Source of the DNA: Mobula hypostoma
Lineage: Eukaryota
Length of the DNA: 64,000 bases
Assembly (NCBI RefSeq): GCF_963921235.1
Contig: NC_086108.1
Coordinates: forward strand, 73,410,001-73,474,000
Direction: 5' to 3'
A program made the position numbers and the translations under genes. Below are positions 24,964 through 37,394 of the stretch, piece by piece (positions within the stretch are counted from its first letter, which is position 1; every line of letters starts with the position of its first letter). The notes below the pieces were generated by a model. The model searched no databases. It was given only the letters and a program-made list of their open reading frames with translations, and had not been told where the DNA came from.

Positions 24964-26717
24964 TGTCACAATGGGGTGCTGGAAACGGACCCAAATGCGA
25001 GACACAGGCACAGGACTTGACTAGAGTAGGGACATGACAGGATTCAGGCAAGGAGCAGGGACAAAAACGCAGAGTTGGGCTAGGGTAAGTGGGACCAGGA
25101 CTAGGAACCATGGACCAGGAGACAAGGCTCGGACTCCGAGCCCAAGACTGGACAAGGACCCAGAACCTGGGTCTTGCCTCGGGCTCGGACCCCAGAAACA
25201 GGCAAGGACATCACATGGCTTCAGGACAGGACGTGGCTGGAGTCTAGGGGTCTGAGCTTGGAGACAAGACAAGGCTCGGACTTCGAGCCCGAGACTGGAC
25301 AAGGACCCAGAACCTGGATCTTTCCTCGGGCTCGGACCCCAGAACCAGGCAAGGACATGACATGGCTTGAGGCTGGGGTCTTGGGTCTTGAGCTTGGCTT
25401 GGGATCCTCGAGGCTTCGGGTCTTGGGTCTTGAGCTTGGCTTGGGATCGTTGAGGCTTGGGGTCGTGGGTCTTGAGCTTGGCTTGGGATCCTTGAGGCTT
25501 GGGGTCTTGGGTCTTGAGCTTGGCTTGGGATTCTTGAGGCTTGGGGTCTTGTGCCTTGAGCTTGGCTAGGGATCCTCAAGGCTTGGGTTCTTGGAGCTTG
25601 GCTTGGGATCCTCGAGGCTTGGGTTCTGGGAGTTTGGCTTGTGATCCTCGAGGCTTGGGTTCTTGGAGCTTGGCTTGGGATCCTCGAGGCTTGGGTTCTT
25701 GGAGCTTGGCTTGGGATCCTCGCAGCTTTGGGTTCTTGGAGCTTGAGCTTGGCTTGTGATCCTTGTGGCTTGGGGTCTTCGTCTTGAAATGCGGAGGCTG
25801 ATAACTTGGAGACTGGAGCTGAGAGACAGACTGGGAACTGAACATCAACGTAGAGCCAGGACTTATCCTTCGACAAGCCAGGACTCATCTTTAACACAAC
25901 ACAAACATGAGACAGGACAGAACATAGACATAGAGCCCAGACTTATCCTACGACAAGCCAGGACTCAACTTCATCTCCACACCAAGGTGGGATAGGTCTC
26001 TCCATCAGGTAACGGCAGAACGGCTGGACTTACCCAACAGAGGCAATGACAAGACAAGACAGGTCCCCCCGCAGGGCAACGGCAAAATGGCCTGGCTTAC
26101 CCCACAGAGGCGAGGACAAGACAAGACCGATCCCCCCGCAGGGCATCGACAAAACAGCTTGGCTTACCCCACAGAGACGAGGACAAAACAAGACAGATCC
26201 CCCTGGAGGGCAACGGTAAATCAGCCTGGCTTACCCCACAGAGGCAAGGACAAGAAGAGACAAACACCAAAGAATGACGGTCAGTTCCATCTCTGCTCCA
26301 GGAAAGCTCCAAGTCTCAGGTCGGCCAGCAACCTCAGCTGGCTACGGAACAGCCAGATCCCTAACTAGCTTGGAGTGGCTGGCAGCCACTCAGCTGGGCT
26401 GGGAAACAGCCAAATCCATACCACAAAGACCACTCCAATGAGTGGCAACAAGGCTCCATGAAGCAGTGGTCCTCCAACCAGGCCTAGAGATCACAGATGG
26501 TTTCACTAGCCTTCCATCAGCAGGTTGCTCCAAGGGGGACTGACAAGACAAACCAACAGCCCACACTCAATCCCAAGGCTACTTATATTGCAAGCCCAAA
26601 GATGAGAATTAGGTGCCTATGATTAACTCAACAAGGGACAGCTGGAAGACCCGGAGTCCTGAGTCCACGGACAAGACCGTGAACCGGAATGCGGACTTCA
26701 TGGACCGGACCATGACA
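24964..26717 (-). mobile_element. Large solo-LTR-like element (probably Gypsy) with internal tandem repeats
   Basis: TGTCA...TGACA termini, 5-bp TSD CTGAT (24959-24963, 26718-26722), no RT or integrase coding; relative at 56673-58038. Confidence 0.75.
25370..25770. repeat. Minisatellite with 42-bp then 36-bp units inside the LTR-like element
   Basis: ggcttggggtcttgggtcttgagcttggcttgggatcctcga and ggcttgggttcttggagcttggcttgggatcctcga arrays. Confidence 0.9.
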
Positions 26718-27049
26718 CTGATTGGTTGGGGCATCAAGGGATATGGTGAGATGGCAGGTGTATGGGGTTGAATGGGTTCTGGGATCAGCCATGATGAAAT
26801 GGCAGAGCTGACTTAATGGACTGAATGGCCTAATTCTGCTCCTATGTCTTATGGTCTTACATAACTTAAGACTTGCAACAATCTGGAAAGAACAGAAAGT
26901 TATTCTGGATGTTAAAACTTCAAGCAGACATTTCTCAGGACAACATGAGGACATGGTTCAGAATCATGACAGAACTTTGTGAAGAGTGAAATGTTACTCA
27001 GTTAACTGCTTACTCCATACTGCATTAAAAGGAATAGGGTACATAAATG

Positions 27050-27725
27050 AGAAACACATTCAAAATTGCTGGAGGAATTCAGCATGGCAGGCAGCATCTA
27101 CAGAAAGGATGTTTTGGGCCAAGACCCTTCATCGGGTCTAGAAAGGAAGGGGTTAGAATCCAGAATAAGACAGTGGGAAAGAGGAAGGAGAACTAGCTGA
27201 TAGGTGATAGATGAGACCAGATGAGAGGGAAGTTGAGTGAGTGGGGCAGGGGCAGTGAAGTGAAAAGCTGGCGATAGGTGGAAGAGGTAATGGGCTGAAG
27301 AAGAAGGAACCCAACTGGAGAGGACAGTAGACCATGGAAGAAAGGGAAGTAGGAGGAAAACCACAGGGAGGTGATGGGCAGGTGAAGCGAAGAGGAGTGA
27401 GTGAAGTGGGGAATGGAAAAGAGAGAATGGGGAAGGGGGGAGAAATTACCGAAAGTTAGAGAAATCACTGTTCATGCCTTCAAGTTGGAGGCTACACAAA
27501 TGGAATATAATGTGTTGCTTCTCCAACCTGATTTTGGCCTCATGGTGGTAGTAGAGGAGGCCATGGACGACATGTCGGAATGGGAATGGGAAGTTGAATT
27601 GAAATGGGTGGCCGCCAGGAGATCCTGCCTTTTGCGGTGAACAGAGCAAAGGGGCTTGAAAAAGCCGCCCCTCAATCTGTATCAGATCTCATCAAAATAG
27701 GGGAGGGCACATTGGAAGCACCATA
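27050..27725 (-). mobile_element. Penelope-like element 3' fragment, degenerate
   Basis: RKRQDLLAATHFNSTSHSHSDMS and IRLEKQHIIFHL match the GIY-YIG C-terminus at 34213; decayed hammerhead at ~27108-27140. Confidence 0.85.
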
Positions 27726-28669
27726 TATCCCAATCATTTAACAAGATAGCAAAATTAACTCTGAGATAATAATTCAAAAGTTCAGTCTGCACATTGGTTC
27801 AAAACAGAACCAGATTCTGAAAGGAGAAATGTTTCCACCCACACTCAGAAGACAGGAGAAGTTGTTGAATCATTTGTCTGCAATTTCAATACACTAGGTG
27901 AATGTGATGAATTTATATGTCTTAAAATGAGTGCATTTGGGACAAAACTGCAATTCAATTTGTTGACAAAGACTTATCATGGAAGCTGCAAATTAAAGCA
28001 GGGCTGATTCTAGATATAGCTATCCAAATGGCCTGTCACTCAGAACTGATGAAATGCCAAGCAGCAGGTCAGGGGCCAACTAAAGAGCTGCAAGAGGTTA
28101 TGTAGAAGTCATAGTTTAGAAGTGTGGGTAAGGCAGTAGAGAAATAAATCAAACAATGAGATGGCTCTTCTAATGCATTGTAATCACAGACATAACCAAG
28201 ATGAGAACTCTCTAGAGCACAATTATAGATGCAGGAAATGTAATAAGATGGCATATTTTAAAATGATCTGTCACACAAAGGTTATTCAAGCAGTGATTTC
28301 TCCTAATAAATCACACCATCAGGAATTCTGGCATGAGTCATCTGTGACGACGACAAGCAAATCATGGCAGGTCATCAGTAGCAAGTCTGTAAATTTTAAG
28401 ATTGATAACAATGCAGGTACACAGATAATTCCCAGAGACAGCCATTGGCATTAAGCAACAAAGCCCAGGAGGAAAGCTATTGCAAAGGAAGAACATTTGT
28501 TTCAAATTTTGGAAGAGTAAATAAAAAGCAATAAAAGAAGCTGACAAATTTAAGAAGTTTCCTAAAATTACAGATTGGTTCAAGCAGCTTGTGATTATTA
28601 TTAAATTATTCTATGTACTAGGGCAGAAGTTAAATGTGGTTTGTGTAGCCAGACTCACAGCTATTTCAG

Positions 28670-30610
28670 AGTTCAAAAGTTCAAAATTAGTTTATTATTA
28701 AAGTGCATGTATGTCATCATTCACAATCCTGAGATTCATTTTCTTGCGGGCATTCCCAATAAGTCCATTATAGAATAACAACTATAAGTGAATCAATAAA
28801 AGACGATATCAACTTGAAAGTTCAACCAGTATGCAAAAGGCAACAAAGAAAGAAATAATCGCAATAAATAAGCAATAAATTTCAAGAACATGAGATGAAG
28901 AGTCTTTGAATGTGGGTCAATAGGTTTGGGAATATTTCAATGATGGGGCAAGTGAAGTTGAGTGAAGTTATGCCCTTTGGTTCAAGAGTATGATGGTTGA
29001 GAGGTAATAGCACTCCCTGAACCTGGTAATGTGAGTCCTCAGGCTCCTGTACTTTCTGATGGGGGCAGCGAGAAGAGTGCATCAACTTACTGATGTGATG
29101 GGGGGTGGGGGGAACTGTTTCCTGATGATGGATTCCGCTTTCCTCAAAATCTATTCATATAGATGCACTCAGTGGTGGGGAGGGCTTTACCTGTGATGAA
29201 CTGAGCTTTATCTACTACTTTGTGTAGGATTTTCCATTCAAGGGCATTGGTGTTTCCATACCAGGCTGTGATGCAGCCAGTCAATATTCTCTCCATCATA
29301 CATATATAGAAGGTTGCCAAAGTTTTAGAAGTCACGCCAAATATTTGCAAACTCCTAAGGAAGTAGAGGAGCTGCTGTGCTTTCTTCGCAATTGTCTAGC
29401 TCATGGACCTCTGGTTTCCCTCTCTTGAAATCAATAATCAGCTCCTTGGTCTCGCTGATGTTGAGTAAGTGGCTGTTATGGCACCATTTACTCAGATTTT
29501 CGATCTCCCTCCTGTATGCTCATTCATCAGCACACTTTGATTCAGCCAATGACAGTGCTGTGGTCAGCACACCTCAATAAGGCATTGGAGCTGTGCTTAG
29601 CCATACGGTCATAAGTGTGAAGTGAGTAGAGCAGGGGCTAAGCCGACAGCCTTGTGGTGCACCTGTGCTGATGGAGATCATGGAGGAGATGTTGTTGTCA
29701 ATCCGAGCTGACTGGGGTCTGCAAGTGAAGAAATTGAGGATCCAGTTGCACAAGGAGGTATTAAGACCAAAGTCTTGAAACATATTGATTAGTTTTGAGG
29801 GGATGATGGTACTGAATGCCGAACCATAGTCAATGAAGAGCATCCTGATGTGTGCATCATTGCTGTCCAGATGTTCCAGAGTTGAGTGAAGAGCCAATGA
29901 GATGGCATCTGCTGTGGACCTGTTGCTGCAGTAGACAAATTGGAATGGATCCAAGATGCTTCTCAGCCAGGAGTTGATTTGTGTCATCACCAGCCTCTCA
30001 AAGTACATCATCTCAGTGGACGCATGTGCTACTGGATGATAATCATTGAGGCAGGTTGTTATGTTCTTCTTAGAATTAATTGAAGCTTGCTTGAAGCAGA
30101 TGGGTACCTCAGCGTGCCAAAGCAAGAGGTTAAAAATCTCAGTGAACACTCCAGCCAGTTGATTAACACAGATCTTTGGTACTTGGCCGGGTACCCCGTT
30201 TGGGCCAGATGCCTTTTGCGAGCTCACCCTCCTAAAGGCTGCTCACACATCCACCTCAGAGACTGAAATCACAGGATCAACTGAGGGTGTGGGAGCTTGT
30301 GATGGTTCCTCCATGTTTTAATAGCCAAAGCGAGTATAGAAGGCATTGAGCTCATCTGGAAGCGAAGCCTGGTTACCACCTATGTCATTTAATTTAACTT
30401 CATCAGTGGTGATAGTAATCAAGCCCTGCCACAACGATCACCATCCTTCGTTGATTCAAGTTTAATTACCACTGTGCCAGTGAGCTGGCTTTCAAGTAGA
30501 CTTGAATGCCTCTGATCTGGCCGTCAGCAGATTGCAGATCTCATGGTTCATCCAGGGCTTCTGGTTAGAGAAGACTGAATAATTTTGTCGGACATACTCA
30601 TCTACAACTG
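28670..30610 (-). mobile_element. Rex1/Babar LINE, degenerate
   Basis: ORF 29574..30227 (GPNGVPG, YHPVA, RMLFIDYGSAF, GAPQGC) and ILTGCITAWYGN; ttttgaac-type tail at the left end. Confidence 0.85.
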
Positions 30611-31021
30611 CTTTAATAAGGCTTGTGACATTTGCTTCTGAATTTGAAGGTTATGGGATAAAAACCACCACTATCTTGAGCACATAATCTAACTTGACAT
30701 GTTAGTACAGCTCTGAGGGAATGCTGCATTGTCAAAAATACTGCTTTCCGATCAGCAGCAAAGTGAGTCTCTGTCAGCCCATACAAGTGGGTATAATAAA
30801 AGTAATCCATTGTACTATTTAAGAAGTAGGGTGTCTTGGGAGATAAGAACTACACCTTGATATAGTCCTAACCTGGAATCTCTGGTTATTGCAATCTATA
30901 AATCACAGTGTGTGCCAGTTTATTGTCATATCTTATTATGGAGTAAAATTGAAGCAATGTAGTAATGTTGCTGCTGACTTTAGAGCACTTGGATAAATCT
31001 TGACAAAAAGGTTCTTTATAA

Positions 31022-31660
31022 TCAGAACACAAAACTGCTTGAGGAACTCAGCAAGTCAGGCAGCTTTTGTGGAGGAAAATAAACAGTCATTATTTCGGGC
31101 CAGGACCCTTTGTGAGGATTGGAAAGGATGGGAACAGGACCCAGAATAATGTGAGGGCGAGGAAGGAGTACATGTTGGCAGGTGACATGTGAGGGGGAAG
31201 GTAGGTAGGTGGGGAGGGAGGTGATGAAGTACAAAGCTGTGAGGTGATTATTGGAAGACATAAGGGGCTGAAGAAGAACAAATTCAACAGGGGAGCACAG
31301 TGCACTATGGAAGAAAGGGAAGGAGGAGTGGACCCAGAGAGAGACAATGCGCAGATGGAGAAGAGAAGAGGTGAGAAGGAAACGAGAATGGGGAATGGAA
31401 AGGGGAGTAGGGGGAGGGGAGAGAAATTGCTGGAAGTTTGAGAAAGTAATATTCATGCCATCACCTTGTAGACTACCCAGATGCAATATGAGGTGTTGCT
31501 CCTCCAGCTGAGAGTGGCCTCATCATGTCGGTACAGGAGGCCGTGGACAGATATGTCAGCATGGGAACAGGAAGTCATATTGAAATAGGTGGTCTCTGCC
31601 GTTGTGGTGAGGAGAATGAGGATGTTCGATGAAGTGGTCGCTCAACCTGTGCCGGGTCTC
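31022..31660 (-). mobile_element. Penelope-like element 3' fragment, older
   Basis: Collinear with 33770-34430 (HLGSLQ.DGMNI.FSNF and terminal region). Confidence 0.8.
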
Positions 31661-31844
31661 TTGTACAGTTGTTTTAAAGCTTTAGCCTACTCTTGTGTGG
31701 TAGGCATGTGGAATGATCATGCAAAACCTTTCATTGTTGACATTAATGGTGTTCATTTTAATGTACTTAATTTGTGTGAAAAATACAAATAATGGCATTA
31801 CATTTCAAATGCAGGAAATGTTCCATACAGCGAACTGACTTTGC

Positions 31845-32915
31845 TTTGTTGATCCAGAAATGGCTTGCCCACAGAAGATAAAAGGTGGGTCTAGATGGTT
31901 CATATTCTGCACGGAGGGCGGTGACCAATGGTATTCTGTTCTGGGACCCCTTCTCTTTGTGATTTTTATAAATGACCTGGATGAGGAAGTAGAAGGGTGG
32001 GTTAGTAAGCTTGCTGATGACACAAAAGTTGGGGGTGTTGTGGATAGTCTGGAGGGTTGACAAAGGTTACAGAGAGACATCAATAGGATGCAGAACTAGG
32101 CTGAGAAGTGGCAGGTGGGGCTTAACCCAGATAAGTGTGAAGTGGTTAATTTAGGTAGGTCAAATTTGAAGACAGAATATAATATTAATAGTAAGACTCT
32201 TGGCAGTGTGGAGGATCTGAGAGATCTTGGGGTCAGTGTCCATAGGACATTCAAAGCTGCTGCATAGGTTGACAGTGTGCTAAGAAGGAGTATGGTTTGA
32301 TAGCCTTCATCAACAGTGGAATTGAGTTCAAGAGCCATGAGGTAATGTTAAAGCTATATAAGACTTTAGTTAGACACCACTTGGAGTACTGTGTTCAGTT
32401 CTGATTGCCTCACTACAGGAAGGATGTGGTCGCTATAGAGAGAGTACAGAGGAGATTTACAAGGGTGTTGCCTGGATTGGGGAGCATGCCTTCTGAGAAT
32501 AGGTTGAGTGAGCTTAGCCTTTTCTCCTTGGAGCAACAGATGATGAGATGTGACCCGACAGAAATGTATAAGATGACGAGAGGTATTGATCGTGTGGATA
32601 TCCAGAGGCTTTTTCCAAGGGCTGAAATGGCTAACACAAGGGGGCATAGTTTTAAGGTGCTTGGAAGTAGGTACAAGGGGGATGTCAAAGGTAAGTTTTT
32701 TTTACACAGAGAGTGGTGTATGTGTGGAAAGCACTGCCAGTGATAGTGGTAGAGGTGGATACAACAGGGTTTTTTAAGATAGGTACATGGAGCCTAGAAA
32801 AATAGAAGGCTATGTGGTAGGGAAATTCTAGGCAGTTTCTAGAGTAGGTTATATGGTCATCACAACATTGTGGGCCGAAGGTCCTGTAATGTGCTGTAAT
32901 TCTCTATGATTCTAT
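31845..32915 (+). mobile_element. CR1 3' fragment
   Basis: [16 protein letters not shown]...KLADDTK, PHYRKDV..IERVQRRFTR, TRGHS; ctctatgattctat tail. Confidence 0.9.
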
Positions 32916-33259
32916 ACAGTGAAGGGAAACACTATTTCAAATAAGTAACATTGACATCACAGGCTAAAGGGTTTTCAAATCAAAGAATTGCAAGTCAAAT
33001 ATTTCAACCCTGTGAACTGTACGTAATGCTTTATGTTCAGCATCACTCTTACATTTCTTTCAGAATAAACATGATGCAGCAACATTCTTTGGCACTTGGC
33101 AGTTCATTGTTTATTTCTAATAACTCACTGTCTCACACAGAACCCATAGTATGCCACTTTAAAAATCCCTCTAACTATATGACTTTTGCAACAACATTAT
33201 AAAGTGAGACCGACATTTTCAATCCATCTTGATTCTAATGTTACTGTCTTATATATCAT

Positions 33260-33740
33260 CTGACAGCTGTGTCTGGCACAGCTGCAGGGTCAGTTCAGTG
33301 TTGAGGCGAGTTAGACCTGTGTCCAGCTCTCTGCTCTGTGTCTTACTCACGGCACCACTGAATTGGCTCTGCAGCCATCGCCCCCTTCCCCAGACCAGCT
33401 GCAGTCGGCTCAGCTCTGAACTGGCTCTGCAGCTGTGGCCTGCAGCCATCGGTGCCCCCAGACAGGCTACAATCGAATCAGCCCTGAACTGGCTCTGTGG
33501 CCATGGACCCACTTTTAGAGACTCTGCTGTTCACATTCTGTGCATTATTTGTTTACATTTTTTATTGCTTGCTTGATTTGTTTTTTTTCCACACATTGAG
33601 TGACGGTTTTTGTTGTGTGGGGTTTTCCATGGATTCTATTGAGTTTCTTTGCTTTGTAGCTGCCTTCAAGAAGATGAATCTCAAGGTTGTAAGTCTATGG
33701 TATACATACCTTGATAATAAGTCTACCTCAAACCTTGAAT
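33260..33740 (+). mobile_element. Non-coding retroposon with Rex1-type 3' tail (unclassified)
   Basis: GC-rich head with repeated ctgaactggctctg motifs; tail aagaagatgaatctcaaggttgta...ttgataataa..ttgaa homologous to Rex tails in this window. Confidence 0.5.
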
Positions 33741-33857
33741 ACAGAGTACTTTTTTTTCGCAAACAACAGGAATTCTGCAGATGCTGGAAATTCAAGCAAC
33801 ACACATCAAAGTTGCTGGTGAACGCAGCAGGCCAAGCAGCATCTATAGGAAGAGGCG

Positions 33858-33895
33858 CAGTCGACGTTTCAGGCCGAGACCCTTCGTCAGGACTA
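33858..33895 (-). ncRNA. Minimal type I hammerhead ribozyme (Penelope-associated)
   Basis: Minus strand: tagtc-CTGACGA-agg gtctcgg cct-GAAA-C-GTC-gactg; full core, stems I and II pair, stem III reduced to palindromic ACGT. Confidence 0.8.
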
Positions 33896-34212
33896 ACTGA
33901 AGGAAGAGTGAGTAAGGGATTTGAAAGCTGGAGGGGGAGGGGGAGATGTAAAATGATAGGAGAAGACAGGAGGGGGAGGGATAGAGCCAAGAGCTGGACA
34001 GGTGATAGGAAAAAGGGGATACGAGAGGATCATGGGACAGGAGGTCCGGGAAGAAAGACGGGGGGGGGTGACCCAGAGGATGGGCAAGAGGTATATTCAG
34101 AGGGACAGAGGGAGAAAAAGGAGAGTGAGAGAAAGAATGTGTGCATAAAAATGAGTAACAGATGGGGTACGAGGGGGAGGTGGGGCCTAGCGGAAGTTAG
34201 AGAAGTCAATGT

Positions 34213-34512
34213 TCATGCCATCAGGTTGGAGGCTACCAGACGGAATATAAGGTGTTGTTCCTCCAACCTGAGTGTGGCTTCATCTTTACAGTAGAGGAGG
34301 CCGTGGATAGACATGTCAGAATGGGAATGGGATGTGGAATTAAAATGTGTGGCCACTGGGAGATCCTGCTTTCTCTGGCGGACAGAGCGTAGATGTTCAG
34401 CAAAGCGGTCTCCCAGTCTGCGTCGGGTCTCACCAATATATAAAAGGCCACATCGAGAGCACCGGACGCAGTATATCACCCCAGTTGACTCACAGGTGAA
34501 GTGATGCGTCAC
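34213..34512 (-). pseudogene. Penelope GIY-YIG endonuclease domain (truncated, frameshifted)
   Basis: FTCESTGVIYCVRCSRCGLLYIGETRRRLGDRFAEH...VATHFN...LRLEEQHLIFRL. Confidence 0.9.
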
Positions 34513-35836
34513 CTGGAAGGACTGTTTGGGGCCCTGAATGGTGGTAAGGGAGGAAGTGTAAGGGCATGTGTAGCACTTGTTCCGCTTACACGGATAAGTG
34601 CCAGGAGGGAGATCAGTGGGGAGGGATGGGGGGGACGAATGGACAAGGGAGTTGTGTAGGGAGCGATCCCTGCGGAATGCAGAGAGGGCGGGGAGGGAAA
34701 GATGTGCTTAGTGGTGGGATCCCGTTGGAGGTGGCGGAAGTTACGGAGTACTTTGTAAGTATCAATTATGAAGACTAGTTTTACATATTTTGCAATTGCA
34801 ATGAAATATACAGGCAACAATATTTTAAACACTTTTATAACTTATTTTTCAAACTTATCAAATTCAGTACAATCAATGGTACAAATCATACAAGGTTAAG
34901 ATCTCAAAAACCATTTCCGGTTGCTGCAGAACATTCTTATTGAGTAAGTTACTGTAAATAAAAATATCCCTCATTCCCTTATCTATGAATCACAGCAGAT
35001 AATAACAACTTGCATTTAGTTGATATTTCTTATATTCAGATTTGTCAAGGCAACATATCATCCATGATCCATTGATCTGGGCTAATAAATACCCACACAA
35101 TTTTTGGTTACAACAAAGAATAGGTTTGAAGAATTTTTCATGGTGGATATTTAGTTCCCATTCGACAACAGCAAGGAACAATGATTGTTAGCATTATATA
35201 TGGTCAGCATGCAGCTTCTCATCAATGTATTTTTGCAGGGGGAAGGATCAAGCTGCTCCACTGCATGGGGATGGTGGAGACATGTGCTAAATAGATACAA
35301 GGGCGTAGCGAAGTCACATTTCCAAGTGAAGATAAAGCCAAAGGATATAATCATAGACATTTACAGTTAATGTTTGGCAGTGTAATGGAAGATCATTGTA
35401 AAATATACGCAGTCTCACAATACCGTACTCAGAATGGGAAGTATAGGTAACTTCCTCTGTATCCCCTCGAATCGTTTCTCCCCTACCCCCACCCCCCTCT
35501 GACTCCACCTTTGGATGACAGGATAAAATCAGAGACAGCAAACCTGTTTTCATTTGCCCACACAACTCCCCTGGAGATCTACAAATATCCAATGCCATAT
35601 GGATCTCCTCTCAAGTACATGACTTCTTCTGGTGGGAATTCCTGACAAATTTCTGCTCTGTGGTCTTCTACTCCAATTCCTGCTGTGTTATCCTAACAAG
35701 AGATCTCTTCAAAGTCATAAAATGTAAAGCGATTTCTGAATCTTTAAACTGCTGCAGGACATTAAATCCTGCAGCAAGAAGCAACTTCCTGAATTCTAAG
35801 TACCCTCACTGGGTAAAACATTTCTAGCCGCTGATA

Positions 35837-36040
35837 ATAGACAATAGACAATAGGTGCAGGAGTAGGCCATTCGGCCCTTCGAGCCAGCACTGACATTCA
35901 CTGCGATCATGGCTGATCATCCACTATCAGTATCCAGTTCCTGCCTTATCCCCATAACCTTTGATTCCGCTATCTTTAAGAGCTCTATCCATCTCTTTCT
36001 TGAAAGCATCCAGAGACTTGGCCTCCACAGCCTTCTGGCC
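35837..36040 (-). mobile_element. CR1 3' end
   Basis: (atagaca)n tail, ggtgcaggagtaggccattcggcc hairpin as at 55930-55970. Confidence 0.85.
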
Positions 36041-36329
36041 ACAATGAGGCTCATCCAAGCGACGCACATGGAATTAACGCTAGGAATGTCAAGGGGGCAG
36101 ACACAGCACTCTACCCTATGATTCATTCAGTTGATAATGAAAGGTTCCAGGCTTGATGATGAAGATATAGGTAATTCCAACTTTCTGCAGGATGGACAAA
36201 TAGCATTCACCACAATCACCAGAAGGACACTTCTTTGTGAATTAAAACAAAAGACTATGTGTGTTTTCAGCAGCTTTAGATATTTTTTAAGTAACATTGC
36301 ACTTCTTTCACTTTATTCCCTGGAAAAAA

Positions 36330-36640
36330 GTGAACTTTATTCTCTGAAGCATAGGAGAATGAGGGGGTGTTTGATAGAGGTATAAAAAATTATGAGGAAT
36401 ATAGTCAGGGTAATTGTAAGCAGCCTCTTTCCACTGAGATTGAGTGAGACTAGAACTAAAAGTCATGGATTAATGTTGAAAGGTGAAATGCTTAAAGGAA
36501 CATGAAGGGGAACGTCTTCACTCAGAGGGTGTTGAGGGTGTGGAACAAGCTGCCAGGGGAAGTGGTGATGAGGTTTCAATTTCAACCTTGAAAAAATTAT
36601 TTGGATAGGTACATGGATGGGAAGGGTATGGAGGGCTATG
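36330..36640 (+). mobile_element. CR1 3' coding fragment
   Basis: LYSLKHRRMRGCLIEV...ttcactcagagggt...tggaacaagctgcca. Confidence 0.75.
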
Positions 36641-36642
36641 AT

Positions 36643-37370
36643 GAAGTTCAAGTTTACTGTAATTGTCATTCAACCATACAGCCAAATGAAAGAGCATTCC
36701 TCTGGGGCCAAGCTGCAAAACACAGTACCAACAGTCACACACAGCACATACAGCACATACAGCACATACAATTACGATAGCAGAAAAACATATGTACTTA
36801 CAAAATAATAGTAATAATACAGGCCAAACCACTGGGTGTCATGGCCTGCAGATTGATGGTGCATAGATATTGTCCTGGAGCCATGTTTCTGCAAGAACAA
36901 GGCACAGTAATTCCTCATCTCACACATTTGCAGCCATTGATGATCGTGATCTCCCCAGGAGTGAACACTGGAGAGCAGAACCAACAGGAGGGGTCAGCCC
37001 GCAACCCAGAATGGAATCCAGTTGCACGTAACCAACTCCAGCATCACCTTTGCCTGTCAACCCCAACAGGTAGCTCCAAGGCACAAGGGCCTTCTCCATG
37101 CAACAACCGAGACAAAGCAGACCCACCCATCCGCCCCCATCCCCCACTGTCAGTCTCGACAATGAACCAGTGAATTGGGCTTGCAGTTTTCCACAATTAT
37201 CAGTGTCCACCAGGATCTTGCGGTCACAAGAAAACTACCCAAGCCAATCATTTTCATCATTTGTTGGATCACGCATCATCTGGGTGGCTGAAGCAGGCAG
37301 CAACCCAGTGCACAAGAGTCCAGTTCCAACACTCTTCAACAGTGTCTTGCAGTCATAAAATAGATATAAA
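36643..37370 (-). mobile_element. Unclassified non-coding retroposon with LINE-like tail
   Basis: Begins with aagttcaagttta tail-type repeat (ttgaac)n directly interrupting the CR1; GC-richer body; no coding motifs. Confidence 0.4.
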
Positions 37371-37394
37371 GGACAAACCTTTGTTTGGAACATT

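Larger units (their letters stand above)
18600..26860 (+). mobile_element. Long degenerate CR1 LINE (ORF1 end through 3' tail) broken by multiple nested insertions
   Basis: Collinear CR1 pieces at 18600-19147, 20775-21097, 21304-23025, 24580-24963, 26723-26860 (IVMGDFN, SQHGF, PQGSVLGP, 3' hairpin and cttatggt tail). Confidence 0.85.
33758..34748 (-). mobile_element. Young, 5'-truncated Penelope-like element
   Basis: GIY-YIG coding region, purine/pyrimidine-skewed UTR, intact hammerhead, CpGs retained; GAGTACTTT repeated at both flanks (33744-33752, 34746-34754). Confidence 0.92.

Noticed and set aside
25244..25897. 217-aa repetitive ORF as a real gene
   Set aside because: Arises from stop-poor 42/36-bp tandem repeats; several frames are open and the related element at 56673 does not conserve the peptide.
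33497..34294. 265-aa plus-strand ORF
   Set aside because: Runs across two unrelated repeats and is antisense to the Penelope element; no domain motifs.
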